Shown: positions 23,284 through 34,784 of the stretch, piece after piece
Position numbering within the stretch: the first letter of the stretch is position 1
How the letters are laid out: the number at the start of each line of letters is the position of its first letter
Assembly: GCF_000981445.1 (NCBI RefSeq)
Contig: NC_027218.1
Span: 806,001-870,000, forward strand
Direction of reading: 5' to 3'
From: Babesia bigemina
Lineage: Eukaryota
Length of the DNA stretch: 64,000 nucleotides
The notes under the pieces: model-generated
Told to the model about the DNA's origin: nothing
Database searches by the model: none
What the model saw: the letters and a program-made list of their open reading frames with translations, nothing else
Translations under genes and position numbers: made by a program

Positions 23284-26200
23284 ATGAAGCAATGGATTTG
23301 GGGAAAGGTGAACGAGCTGGGGGAGAAAGCGGTGGATTCTGTCGTCAACATAGTACTCTCCCGCAATGACAAGACCATCTCCGACTTCAAGCAGGTAGGA
23401 GCACGTCATACGCATATTGCCAACGACACGTGCGCAGACGCCCCTCATCGCCGCGATATCGCGAAGCGTGAACTCGCATATCACGATCAAGCAGGCGAAC
23501 GTCGCCTCCTCAGCTGACGCTGCGGAGCCTGGACCACGCATTGCGCTGGCGCACGTGGGACTCGTAGACTCGACGTTCCTGTGCTATCCGACGGCCAGCA
23601 CAAATGCGGGATCGCCGGTTGCAGGCACCGCGGGCAGGGTGCCCCGGGAGCAGCGCGGACGGATCCACTTCGACGGACTTGGCTCGATACCCACGCACTT
23701 GTGCCGCTACAGAGTCTCGCTCAGCTGCAACGGACGCGTGGCGCGTTCGCCGTCCGCGGAGATGGTCGACTCGAGCGTCAACCGGGTGTGCTGGAACCAC
23801 CAGGTGCTGATGGACATCGACGACCTCTGGGTGGACCTCAACCTCGTCGTGCAGGCGGAGATCGACTTCAACCAGTTCAGCAAGCAGCAGTCGAAGCACA
23901 GCAGCTCGGGCGCTTCGAGCTCCTCAAAACGGTCCCCGGGTTCGCGCACGTCACGGAGCAGACAGATCACCCGAGGAAAGGCGGTGGAGAGTGACCTCGA
24001 GGAGACGCAGAGGATAGAGTCGATATACGGCAAGACCCGGTACAAGCAACGCATCGGGCGCGCGTTGATACCGCTGCCGCTGCTGCTGGACTCGCTGCAG
24101 CTGCGCAGGACCACATGTCTGGCGCAGGACCAGGAGTACACCGGGATGGGACAGAGCGAGCAATGCGCGACCTCCACAGCGGTCGAATATTCCGCAGACT
24201 CCTCGCCGTCCAGCCAGAGGAGGACGTCATTCGACGCTGCGCCGCTCGAGCAGATTGCTCAAGGTGAGGGCACCCCCCGTGGTGCCGTGTGGTCCACGGC
24301 GAGCTCGATATCCAACACCGCGAACTTTGGCACTGACGCGGTCTATGACGAGCAGGCCACGTACTACGACGCGGAGCTTGAGGACCTCAGTGGCAGCGAC
24401 GAGGGCGGCCAGTCAGACGGGAATGATTACAACTGGTTCAACGGCCACAACGATTGGGACGACGCCGATGAGCAGGCGTCGATCATCCGGGGACCCGTGG
24501 GCGACGGCTCCTCCAGGCTGAAGGCCTACAGCATCGGCGAAAGCTACGTCAACATGACCTCCATTGAGAACTCTACGTACTCCAGCGTGCGCAGCACGGC
24601 GTCGCCCAATCACAACGACGCATTTGCCTGGGTCAACGACTACAACGCTTCACCGGGGCAATTGGGCCGGTGTAATACGGCGGAGGGGGATGTACGCCGT
24701 GACGTGGTCCCGGAGTACACGCCTGAGCGCCGGGCCTCCGTCCCCACCGGCACGTCAGGGGGCAAACAGGGCGGGGTCACTGCATCCATGTCGATGACCT
24801 GCAACCGAGGGGTTGAAAACTCCAACTGGGAGCCAGCAGATAACGCACTGCGCAGTGACATATACAGCTTCGGGGGGCCAAGTTACAACGTAGACTCGCA
24901 GCCCGCGTCCGCCGCTCCTAGCAGGCACATAACGAGCTCCGAGTATGCGTACAGTGAAGCGGGGAGCCGGTCGTGGGACCGCCAGGGATCCGGGTCGAGC
25001 ATGAGCGAAGACGTTTTGAAGGAGTATCGCTACTTCGCGGATACCGAGATGACGCTGCAGCTGATGCCGTTCAACGAACACAAGTTCGAGGACCACAAGT
25101 TCGTGAGGCCAATCGAGGGCTACACCAGCTACGGCATGAAATCGCCGACGCAGCCGCTCGGCTACATCACGGTGCGGATACGCATATATCTCAAGCGGCG
25201 GCCACAGCTGCTGGCGCTGCGCAACTGCTTGCGCCCGCCCAGGACCTATTGGCAGGTGCCCTCAGAGTTCGAGATGTTCCACATCAGCCTCATTTGCAAG
25301 CGCGCCGCCTTCTTCATAGACACCAAGCCGCGCTGGGTCAACCATATCCTACTGCCCAAGGAGCCACGCAAGCACCTGTGGTACGCGATTGTATTCTGGG
25401 CGTTGGTGTTTGACCTCATGGTCTTGGCGCCCCTGCCCAGGGCGGTCGTCGATCTGTACGCAATGATCGGGGTGGTATCCTGCTTCTACTGGCGGTGCAT
25501 GAAACCGATGCGCTACGACCTTGAGGACCAGACGTTTGCAGCAAGAGGCGCTGCCGATAGCAAAACTACTGCTGGACGGGTGCACAGGAAGACGGGTGGT
25601 TCGTTGTACAACCTCGCGTACGACTCGAGGCAACCGTCGGCACAAGGTGAGGACGCAATGGGGGTGTCGATGAGGGTGCGCGAGCTCCATAACCCGCCTT
25701 CCGTCGCGACTGCGCCAACACAAGCGGAGGCGGCCAGCCAGCCGCTGTTACAGCAGCCCAGGCGGAAATCGCTGTGGAACTTGAGGGGCATGGAGGAGTC
25801 GGTTTCCCGGATGGCAACGCCGTTTGGCACCAGGCACCTGAGCCTCCAGCGCTACAAGGGGGCGCACAGATGGGCGATCTTCGCCGACGACCTCAGCGAC
25901 ACCAACCTCGAAGAACTGGTGAAGCTAGGTTTGACCTGGGCGCAACGGGTACAGGTTATACTGGGCTACCTCATACTGACCTTGGACAAGCTCAGGGCTT
26001 CGCTGAGTTGCACGGATTCGCTGTCGTGTATGATGACGTGGGTCATGATCGGGCTGCTGTTCATCCCGATCTACGCGTTGGCGTACCTCGTCTGGCTAGT
26101 GCCCCCCGTGATGTGGCGCCTGGCGGCCTACTGCGCCGCAGCCGGGTACTGCTGGACCTTCCACACGTCAAACCCGTTCGATGTGTGGGCAATTATCCGG

Positions 26201-26326
26201 CGTGTGTATGCTTGGATTAGGTTGCGCTGGATAGCCAAGTTCCTGGCACACTGGTACCTTCGCGCCCCGGATTCCCGCGAAGTCGACCACCGCGCCATCG
26301 CGATGCTACAGTTGACCAAGCATTAA
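23284..26326 (+). CDS. C2-like / PRT_C (MCTP-type) multi-pass membrane protein
   Basis: Short exon 1 MKQWIWGK... spliced (~23395-23435) to a long ORF. C2-like segment YRVSLSCNGRVARS...VCWNHQVLMDI; TM pairs; C-terminal RVQVILG...LDKLRASLS...W...RAPD resembles PRT_C. Confidence 0.7.
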
Positions 26327-26339
26327 TTGTGTGTTGACT

Positions 26340-26555
26340 ATGACCGCCACGTGGGCGCCGCTCGCGGGAAGCGCGGCCGCCGTCCGGGACCTGCTGGGCC
26401 TGCTCTTCCTGAGGCCCAGGAAGCTCGCCATGAGGTTGGACCGCAGAAGGTAAGCGCGCGAAAACTAGGGCCGTACAACGCACCGCAGGACCAAGCGAGA
26501 GTACCGCAGCCGGCGGCACAAGTACGGCTTCTACTACCGCTGGACGGGATGGTGA
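26340..26555 (+). CDS. 58-aa basic microprotein, 2 exons; possible mitoribosomal (bL34/mS38-like) protein
   Basis: Exon 26340-26449, canonical 39-nt intron GTAAGC...CGCAG (26450-26488), exon 26489-26555: MTATWAPLAGSAAAVRDLLGLLFLRPRKLAMRLDRRRTKREYRSRRHKYGFYYRWTGW*. Confidence 0.55.
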
Positions 26556-28198
26556 CTACCACGTCCACTTGCGGCGCCGCACGTGCGGCACCCTGCGGCG
26601 CACGGGGTCAAGCCGGCGCCATGTGATGCGCGGCAGCTCGTCTTCCTGCGCTGTGTCCGTGAGCTCGGGGAAAAAGAGCCCCAACCGTTCGGAGGCGAGC
26701 TTGAGCTTCTGCAACCAGTGAGCCGCCGTATGTATAATAAGCACGTGAACACGTTTTACGGGTTTAATGTCCAGCTAGAGCTGAAAATGACGTATAGAAT
26801 GCATGCAATGTACACGTGGGAACGTTGGCACCGAGTAATTGTGCGGGGCAGCATCCAGGGCGCTGGCCGCACCGGCATACAGTGGCCACCTACCTCGCGC
26901 TGGATTGATGAGTCCAGTTCCTGCAGGTTTATGTTGTTGATGAGCGCGTTTTGCAGTCGGGGGTTGCGATAGCGCAGCTTGCCGTGCGCAACGAGCAGCT
27001 TGAAGCTGAGCGTGGTGTTCAGCGGCTGGGAGAACAGCTTAGCGTCGAAGAGAGAGAACAGCCGCTCATCGACGACGTGCACCCGCGCATAAGACTGCAC
27101 CACGGCGACCGCATCGGAAGGTTGGAGGTCGGCGAGCACCTCCTCCTTCCGAAGGATTTCCGAAAACGTGGTGAAGAGGCGGCCGTGGTGCAGGAAGCGC
27201 GAAAACCCAGTGTACAGGTTCGTCAGCAGCTGAGCGTCCACTGTAGAATCGCCGTCGATCAGGGTGAGCACCATGCGACCCATAAGCACGACCAACGATC
27301 GGTTGTGGTACCCTATCTGCGACAGCGCCAACACCGCCCGGGCCAGCTGCGCAAGGTCGTAGCTGCCGGCGTCTCTCCTCAGGTTGACCGCAAGCCTGTC
27401 CATCAGCAGAGGGTCGTACCTGCGGTAGCGCGATATCGTGTACAAAGCCGAGCACAGCTCCGCCGGAGGCAGCTCACGCTCGGTGCAGTGCTGCAGCAGC
27501 GCCTTCTCGAAGGCTGCCAGCATGGCGGGGTCCTGGTGGTGCTTGGACAGCTGTGCCATGGACTCGATCACGTCGGCCATATGAACATCCTGGAGCCCTC
27601 TTGTGTAAATTTCCTTGCACAGCGCGTCCAGCGACGACCCGTGCTCGACGGCGGCCAGTGCGGCGAGTGCAGCCGCCATCTGCAGTAGCTGCAGGGTGCT
27701 GAAATGGCAGCATCCCATGTCCGAAAGTCGCTGCAACAGCTGATTCAGATCGAGTGCGGCGCCTCGCGAATTGAACAGACAGGCGCCGCAGAGATAGTTG
27801 TAGACTTGACGTGGCTTCTCCAAGGCACCCGGCGCTGACAATACATCGGCGGCGTTGGAGGGCGGAGTTGATGCGCCGCATTCCGCCGACGCACGGAAGA
27901 ACAGGTCGAAATCGGCAACGTCCTGCGCGGCTGGCACTTCTGCTAAGAGCTGTTGCGCGTCACCGCCGAGGTTGTGGAGCATCAGCGCCAGCATGGCGGC
28001 GTCACGCAGGTTGCCGGAGAGCAGCTGCCTAGCCTTGCATTCCAAGGAATCCACGGCGGGTTTGTCGAGTGCACCGTGCCTCTGTACTGCGTGGATGAGC
28101 TCGGGCACGCTTCTGCAGTGCTCCCAGCCGACGGCGGCGGTGGAGAACCGCCGGAAGGCACCGCGGCCGAGTGCCGACAGCACCGACGTCAGCGCCAT
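26556..28198 (-). CDS. Mitochondrion-targeted alpha-helical repeat RNA-binding protein (HPR/OPR/RAP-like), with a 3' intron
   Basis: Presequence MALTSVLSALGRGAFRRFSTAA; ~37-aa helical repeats (LCSALYTISRYRRYDPLL, LARAVLALSQIGYHN, AVVQSYARVHVVDERLF, LLVAHGKLRYRNPRL); last exon ...RRRVPHVRRRKWTW*. Confidence 0.75.
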
Positions 28199-28710
28199 GG
28201 GTTCGGCACTCGAATACACACCGTTACGCCCGCATGATGTGGAGCTGGATTGGTGCAGTAGCGTTCCCACGCCGGATGGGTGAGCGCATCCACCTTCCGG
28301 TAACCGGAGAAATGCGCCGATATGGAGCCTATACCGGTGCAATGTCAACTCCAAGTCGCATTAATGCCTCACTAATCTGCATATTTACATCAGCGATACT
28401 GATGGCACAGTGGCATACAGTGGAATCCCGTAGTCAGGTGTGTCGGATTCTTTAGACAGTGTTACCTGGCGACTAAAACGCCTTCTACGCACCCAAATTG
28501 CGTTTGACGGCGTGTGCCTCTAAATGGTGCGCATTGTGAAAGGTAGCGAGCAAGATGAACGTACTGGTGAGCACCAACCTTCCACACATAAGCAAGGTCA
28601 CCGGCCACTCGTGGCCACGGGAGTCACATAAGCACGCCACGCGCAAGAGCACTGCCACGAAATTAACATACAATTACAGTATTAGAGCGCTTAGTCCGAT
28701 GTGCGCGCGA

Positions 28711-29147
28711 TTACGGATAGAAAAGCTTGTTGATCTGGGAAACGGTGAAGGGCATGTGCTCGCTCGGCCTTATGATTTGCCGCAACAGATTCATCCTGGC
28801 TTCAACTAAGTCCATCATCGGCGGCCCGATGGCGCATTTCTGGCCAACCACCAGCCAGCCTGCGCATAATTAACGGTGACACAATGCGACTTACACGGAG
28901 TGATGTGCTTCTCGCCGTCATCTTTACCGGCGTTTGCGACAAACGGCAAAGGAGCCAAATACGGCTTGTTAGCTTTCAAGAAACCGCCTTCGGTGGACAT
29001 GTGTTCCACCAGGATGAAAGTCTCGCGCAACGGACGAAATTTGCCGAGCTCGTGCAGCCCGAACCTAAGCGGCAGCTTCGCCGCGCCAAACTCGGTCGAA
29101 AACATCGACGCGATCATCAAAAAAATTGCAGTCCACATCTTGGCCAT
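28711..29147 (-). CDS. Small signal-peptide protein, 2 exons; weakly resembles ribosomal bL21 (possible apicoplast protein)
   Basis: MAKMWTAIFLMIASMFSTEFGAA (SP-like); GTAAGT...GCGCAG intron; then WLVVGQKCAIGPPMMDLVEARMNLLRQI...NKLFYP*. Confidence 0.4.
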
Positions 29148-29361
29148 TTTTACACAGTGGAACCGAACACATCGCAGCTCGGCAGACTGAGCCCCCATCG
29201 TGGAATTTTTCTCGACGACCGCTGAATCTGGCAACATGTCTACCGTCACGCAACGGACGGCAATGCCGTCACGAGGGAGCGATAACGGCACCCCAAGTTG
29301 TGACATCTGATTCCACGTCAAAGATGCGATAAGTGCAACCGGACCCGGCAGCCATCCGCAA

Positions 29362-29778
29362 TCACGAATACTGGTAGTTGGGGGCGGCGATGTAGGCCTT
29401 GTGCTTCCGCGCAGGCAGATCCTCCAGGTAGCTGTAGCCGAAACGCATCTTCTCCTCGTCCCACTTGCACTGCATCCACTCGTTGTACCACTTCACGCAC
29501 TTGGTGGCCGCGTGGGCCGCGTCGGACCCGAAATCGTTGCGGTTCAGACACCGGAACTCCTGGACCAGAAGCGGCGTGCACGCCGACTTGGGGTCGTCCT
29601 CGCGCACCAGCTTCTCAAACTGCGTCTCCGTCATGTTCTTGTCGCTGTCGATGTGCGGGTACCGGTACAGGCCGGCGTTACGGGCCAGCGCGCGCTGCCA
29701 CGCCGAGTCCGGCTTGAACGTGCCGTGGCCGGGGATCCCGCTGATCGCGGCGTCGTGCGAGTTGCCGCCGCCACTCAT
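29362..29778 (-). CDS. Apicomplexan mitochondrial ATP synthase subunit with twin CX9C (ATPTG6-like)
   Basis: DDPKSAC(X9)C...AATKCVKWYNEWMQCKWDEEKM..GYSYLED..ARKHKAYIAAP.YQYS closely matches my recollection of the Toxoplasma ATP synthase subunit ATPTG6 C-terminus. Confidence 0.75.
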   Translation of the reverse strand: MSGGGNSHDAAISGIPGHGTFKPDSAWQRALARNAGLYRYPHIDSDKNMTETQFEKLVREDDPKSACTPLLVQEFRCLNRNDFGSDAAHAATKCVKWYNEWMQCKWDEEKMRFGYSYLEDLPARKHKAYIAAPNYQYS

Positions 29779-30464
29779 CCCGAAAGCAATAGGAATTGAA
29801 TAATAACGATTTTATATAGTGGATAGCGGCCGCGCTGGCCCAGCAGCGGCAGCTGTGGTGTGCCCCTACGCGTAGAGCGGTACCGATGATTCTAGGGGCG
29901 CCTGAGCCACCCAAATTTTGACGACGAGACGCACTTATTGGATCTCTCGCTTATGTGTACTAACGGGGCGTGGAACGCTGCGGTCAGTCAGCTGAATACC
30001 ACGGGCATACAGTAAGGCTACGCGTACGGCGATCTAGAGTGTTGCTCGCCACCCAGCGACGTCATAACTCGTCTCCGCGCAGTAGTCACACTGGCGAGCG
30101 AGACTACGAAAGCGTGACGGACATGTGTAGGCGGAAACGGCATGTACAGCCAACCGCAGGGTGGTAGAATCCACCAAGGCGCTACGTGCGAGTGTAGCAG
30201 CGTCAGCGTAGCGGGCTGCTGCGGAGGTGCCGTAAAATCAACAGCGTTGGTTCACGATTGCTCGGACGCGCGGCTACCAGTGCGCAAACGCCAGCCAGCG
30301 GCATGAGAGTACCGAAGCAGCTGCGCGCCCCACCCTTCGGCGTGTTCGACGGCTTAACCCACCTATAGCTCGACCAAACGCCCAGCGTACCACAACTGTA
30401 TATTATAGTTGCCGAGCGGCATACCGGCCAGAGTTAGCTGCCAGAAGCGTGACCTGTAGTCAAC

Positions 30465-30909
30465 ATGGCTTCTCATCAGGAGTATCCCGCAGGACAAGCG
30501 CCTGACTGCTTGGTCTGGGAAATCGTCAGGGACAACCACGCCCACCTCCACCACGCCGTGCACAAGCGTTTCTCGAAGGAGCGCTTCAACATCATGGCCG
30601 TGCACACGCCCAGGTTCTCAGGTAGGTCCAGCTGCGACGAAGGCAACAGCGCGTTCAGGCCTGCTCCAGAAGAACGTAGTCGACCTCGGCATCTCGCCCT
30701 CCGGCTCCAAGATCTTGGCCTACAAGGCCAGGGCCGCCCGTGGCGTGCGCCCCGGTTCCAGCACCCGCGTCATCAAGCTCAGCAAGAGCATGGCGCACGC
30801 CGAGTACCTGCGCAACCTCGTCGACCCCGCCAGGGACGAGATCGCCAAGGCGCTGGTGAACAAGATGGAGAAGCTCACCCACACCAGATACGACGACAAG
30901 TCGGAGTGA
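30465..30909 (+). CDS. RPL28: 60S ribosomal protein eL28, intron ~30622-30658
   Basis: PDCLVWEIVRDNHA...FSKERFNIMAVHTPRFSG/LLQKNVVDL matches the eL28 N-terminal motif (LxWxIVRxNxxF...FSxExxNL...xxRySGL). Confidence 0.85.
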
Positions 30910-31002
30910 ACTGCGCTTTTTAATGTTTAACGCCCGACGGCGAGTGACATGCGTGCATACAGATACGTGGCGCAAGCGCGGTACAAAATTAGACGAGTAG
31001 TC

Positions 31003-32967
31003 TCACTGGTGAGCTACCAGACGGTACACGGCGGGAAACGCGTTCTTGAGCGACACGTGCTCGAGGCCGGGCAGCTCGCCGCCGCGCTCCGCGTAGTGGA
31101 ACAGCAGCTTGGACCAGAAGGTGTGCAGGGCCGCCTCAGCAGCGCGGAACTTCTGGCCGGACAGCTCGAACAAAAGGGCCATCTCGCCCATGCGAGTGGA
31201 CGACTGCGACACGCTGTTCGTCCACTTGCGGATGCTCTCGTGGAACATGTGGTACCACAGCGCCACGTCGCAGTCGTACAGCATCCGGAACACGCGGAAG
31301 CAGAAACGCCGGCACCACACCACGTCCTTACGGTAGTCCACGCCGCAGAACTCAACGAAAAAGTGGAAAATCAGCACCGCAGCCACGCGGCTGGGCGGGA
31401 TGAAGAGGTTCCAGTTGCGAGCGATGTACATGTCGTCCCACTTTATCAGGCAGTGGTACACGAACACGAAGCCGCCGTTCTCCACCATGTAGCGGAACGC
31501 CATCTCCAGCAGCAGGTAGTCCCGCAGCGCGACGGAACGCTCCATGCCCTGCGGCGCGGGGGGCACGCTGGGCTCCACCTCAACCACGGGAAGGGAGCTC
31601 ATACGATCCATGTGTTGGCGGAACGAAGCGCTGCTGCTGCGATTGATGCCGTACGCGCCGCCTAAGCCTTCCATTGACGGCCGGCGGAGCCCGTCGCCGC
31701 GCTCGCTGGAGCTCCCCGACGGCATGGTGGCGTCGGAGTCGTTCGGCGAGTTACGCGCACGACGCAGGCGGTAGTCCCTTATGTACGCGGAGGTGGCGTC
31801 GTTGCCGCTCCTGGTCCTCATCATGGGGTTGAACGCCCGGGAGCTGCTGGGCGGGCTGCCGGGCTTGTTCGCTCGGGTGCGCGGCGCCTTGTACGTCCCC
31901 CTGATGTTCGCCAAAAAGAAAATGCCGTACTCCATCGCCGTGTAGGTCATAGTGAAGCCGCGCGGCATGCTCTGCAAAATGTCCAGCTGAGTCGCCATGA
32001 TGTCCTGCGTGGTGAAGGCGCCGGACACCATGTGGGCGGCGCGCTCCAGATAAGAGTCGCTGGAGATGTCGGTCCAGTGCTCGCGCAGCGCGCAGGCCAG
32101 CAGGTAGGCCGCAGTGGCGATGCGCAGCACCCTGCTGTCGTCGTCGGTGTCCTGAAAGTCGTCGCGGGCCAGCACCGTGTCCAGGTAAAAGTCGAAGAAC
32201 AGCATCGACAGGTTCAACGTGCACCGGTCGGTGTCGAACGACTGGCACAGCTTTTTAAGAAACGGCAGCGCCTTGCTGCGGTCACGCACGGCGATCGGCG
32301 ACCGCCGCAACAGGTCCGCCTCCCGGATGAGGATCAGGCCGTCGCGAAGCTTGTCGTAGTACGCGCGGTCCTCCGCGCAGTCCTTGCACAGACGCTCGTT
32401 GAAGGTCACCAGGTTGTTCACCACAGACAGCAACGCGGGCTCCACCGGGGAGTCCTCGGTCACGGGCGTGTGCTCGAGCGCCGCTGCCTGCACCTCCATC
32501 AGGGCCGGCGAAGCCTGGAGTCGCTGCGATGCCGACGGCGGCGGGTGGTCACGGGTCAGGTAGTGGTGCTTCATGCGTTTCGCGACTGCGATGTTCTTGT
32601 CGAGGAGCAGAGCGTTCGACAACAGCGAAAGCTCCGTTTGGAAAAGGTCGCTCCACAGACCCGCCACCTGGTTCATGCCCTGCATCTCCTCGAAGCACGG
32701 CAGGTGCGACATGAGGTGCGCACTGCGAGCGCGGTACTCCTCCACATCGAACGTCAGCGACTCGCAGTGGTTCAGCGCGAAGGACGACGAGAAGCAGTTG
32801 TTCACGCGCTGGTACACCTCCACCATACGACCGTGCAGGTCCATGAGGCGAGCCTCCTTGAGCTCCTGCGCTTCAATGCTCGCATTATGGCTCAACTGTG
32901 GCGCGGTCTCGCACTGCCGTAACGCGTAGCCACCCTCACCGCGACTGCGATAGACCTGGCGCACCAT
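31003..32967 (-). CDS. Cyclin-fold protein (654 aa; true start uncertain)
   Basis: Cyclin box-like RSKALPFLKKLC...TLNLSMLFFDFYLD...LRIATAAYLLACALRE...FTTQDIMATQLDILQSM; second box YLLLEMAF...PPSRVAAVLI. Confidence 0.75.
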   Translation of the reverse strand: MVRQVYRSRGEGGYALRQCETAPQLSHNASIEAQELKEARLMDLHGRMVEVYQRVNNCFSSSFALNHCESLTFDVEEYRARSAHLMSHLPCFEEMQGMNQVAGLWSDLFQTELSLLSNALLLDKNIAVAKRMKHHYLTRDHPPPSASQRLQASPALMEVQAAALEHTPVTEDSPVEPALLSVVNNLVTFNERLCKDCAEDRAYYDKLRDGLILIREADLLRRSPIAVRDRSKALPFLKKLCQSFDTDRCTLNLSMLFFDFYLDTVLARDDFQDTDDDSRVLRIATAAYLLACALREHWTDISSDSYLERAAHMVSGAFTTQDIMATQLDILQSMPRGFTMTYTAMEYGIFFLANIRGTYKAPRTRANKPGSPPSSSRAFNPMMRTRSGNDATSAYIRDYRLRRARNSPNDSDATMPSGSSSERGDGLRRPSMEGLGGAYGINRSSSASFRQHMDRMSSLPVVEVEPSVPPAPQGMERSVALRDYLLLEMAFRYMVENGGFVFVYHCLIKWDDMYIARNWNLFIPPSRVAAVLIFHFFVEFCGVDYRKDVVWCRRFCFRVFRMLYDCDVALWYHMFHESIRKWTNSVSQSSTRMGEMALLFELSGQKFRAAEAALHTFWSKLLFHYAERGGELPGLEHVSLKNAFPAVYRLVAHQ

Positions 32968-33275
32968 CCCCGGAAGCAGTTCAACCGCTGATCCGAAAGC
33001 GGGTATGGCACAGACAGGTAAAACGGAGCGCTCATGCCAATTGGCCAGGCCACCGTTATAGCTCCCCTAGGCCGTCTTCGACGCAAAGAACGTCGATGCA
33101 AGCCCAAACTCTCCCGGAATCGACGACAACCAGGAAAACATTCACACACACCAGCAACGGCACCGGCCGCCGAGGAGCGCTTTCCAGCCGCCCTGGCCTC
33201 ACACACCAAATCTTTTTAGCCTAGTATTATACAAAACCTGCTTTCTAACATCCATACGGCTTCGGTGGCGCAGAG

Positions 33276-33710
33276 TCAGCCGTGTACGAAGCAGGGTACA
33301 CTGCCCGCGAATCGCACGTCGACGGTCCGGCCACGACGGTCGTTACCGGCCCCGGACCACAAAACAGCCCCTAACTGGGCACACTTTGTACGTACGAATA
33401 GGCGCTGAAACAGCGAACAACCGCGGCCGACCTGAAGAACCTCATCCAGACAATCGACACCAGCAGGCCTTTGCAACACACAGTATCGGACCCCAGTCGA
33501 TAAAACGGCAAAGACCTGTGCCAACAGCTCCTGTAGATCCCGATAATTACAAAACTTCGTTCTCGGGGCTGCCAAGCCGAGCAGCCAGACAATCACTAAC
33601 GTAGCCTGGATTCTTTCCAAAGCAACGGAATGATACACTTGGCTTGTACGCAAACCAATGATTATGGAGTGATGCGCGGGCCCACCAAAGCACGCATATG
33701 TCTTCGCCAT
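33276..33710 (-). CDS. Hypothetical small protein (structure uncertain)
   Basis: 144-aa ATG-initiated ORF filling the gap between the cyclin and eL33 genes; no family recognised. Confidence 0.3.
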   Translation of the reverse strand: MAKTYACFGGPAHHSIIIGLRTSQVYHSVALERIQATLVIVWLLGLAAPRTKFCNYRDLQELLAQVFAVLSTGVRYCVLQRPAGVDCLDEVLQVGRGCSLFQRLFVRTKCAQLGAVLWSGAGNDRRGRTVDVRFAGSVPCFVHG

Positions 33711-33958
33711 GCAGCCCGACTAGCCACACTTGGTGTGTGTCGCGTGCCTTTCTCGACAGCAGCAGGCGCAGCAACGCGAGAAAGGTGCCTAATGCTGTCA
33801 CGAAGCCGCACACTGCCGCTGCCAGATGCGGCGGGTGAATGTGTACAATAGATCGCAGCGAATGCCGCTATTCACAGTGCGTACGCTAGTGCGTCGACAC
33901 CAGCAACTTGACTAACACGAAGGTCATGTAGGTCAGCAACGTTAACCACAGAGGTCCA

Positions 33959-34784
33959 TTAGATGTTAGAAGGGTAGAGGAAGACGCGGACCTTGCTGCC
34001 CATGGCGCAGGGAGGCAGGTTCTTCCTGAACGATGCCCTCACGGTACCGCCGTTGCCGTGAGCACGCCTGATCTTTCCCCAAATGGCCTAGGAGAAAGTT
34101 GAAAGTACACAAAATTCTGCTTACCCTGAACCTGGTGCCATTCTTCAAGTTCTTGCTCTTGTAGACGTAGGCGACCTTCTTGCCAACGTAGAAGGCAGTC
34201 TCATCACGGGTCTTGACGCCCTCCAGCTTCAGCAAGCTGCACTTCTGGTCCTGGTTGACCCTGGACCTGCACAAAATATAGAGCCGTGATAAACCAGTAC
34301 AACCGCATATGTATATTGCGACAAAACGGGGAACACTAGTTGTAAGACCCGTTAGCCACAGCCAGCTTGGCGCCAATGCAAAACACCACAAGGGGCTCAG
34401 CACAGGCCCCCATCCGGCGGCATCAACAAGGTCTCGAAGGCGTATTCCGCACGATATTGGTGCGTACCGCGCCCTCCCAGTTGCCGAGACGACGGGGGTG
34501 TGGCATCCGCTGACCAGCACTTCGCCCAATCCGGATGCCGGCACAGGGGCAACCGGGTCGATACGTCAACGAAACACGTGGGACCAAACACGGCGAATTG
34601 CATAACGGTAACCACACGAAAGTTTGTCAAATATGCGGAACAACACAAGAACACAGCTGACACCGTAAGCCGTAATCCGATGGAAGGCAAGCTGAACGTA
34701 GACTCACCTCTTGTAGCCCATGAAGATGGCCCTGGTGTACAACCGGCAGGGCTGCCTCTTCCACAACTTTCTGGATTTCGTCAT
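33959..34784 (-). CDS. RPL35A: 60S ribosomal protein eL33 (L35a), 3 exons; intron 1 is 441 nt (34267-34707)
   Basis: [62 protein letters not shown].../[42 protein letters not shown]. Confidence 0.95.

Noticed and set aside
6819..33224. Many long overlapping or antisense ORFs (e.g. 7690-8409, 12864-13769, 26951-27688, 32032-32922)
   Set aside because: Shadow ORFs produced by the high GC3 bias of the real genes; no recognisable motifs.
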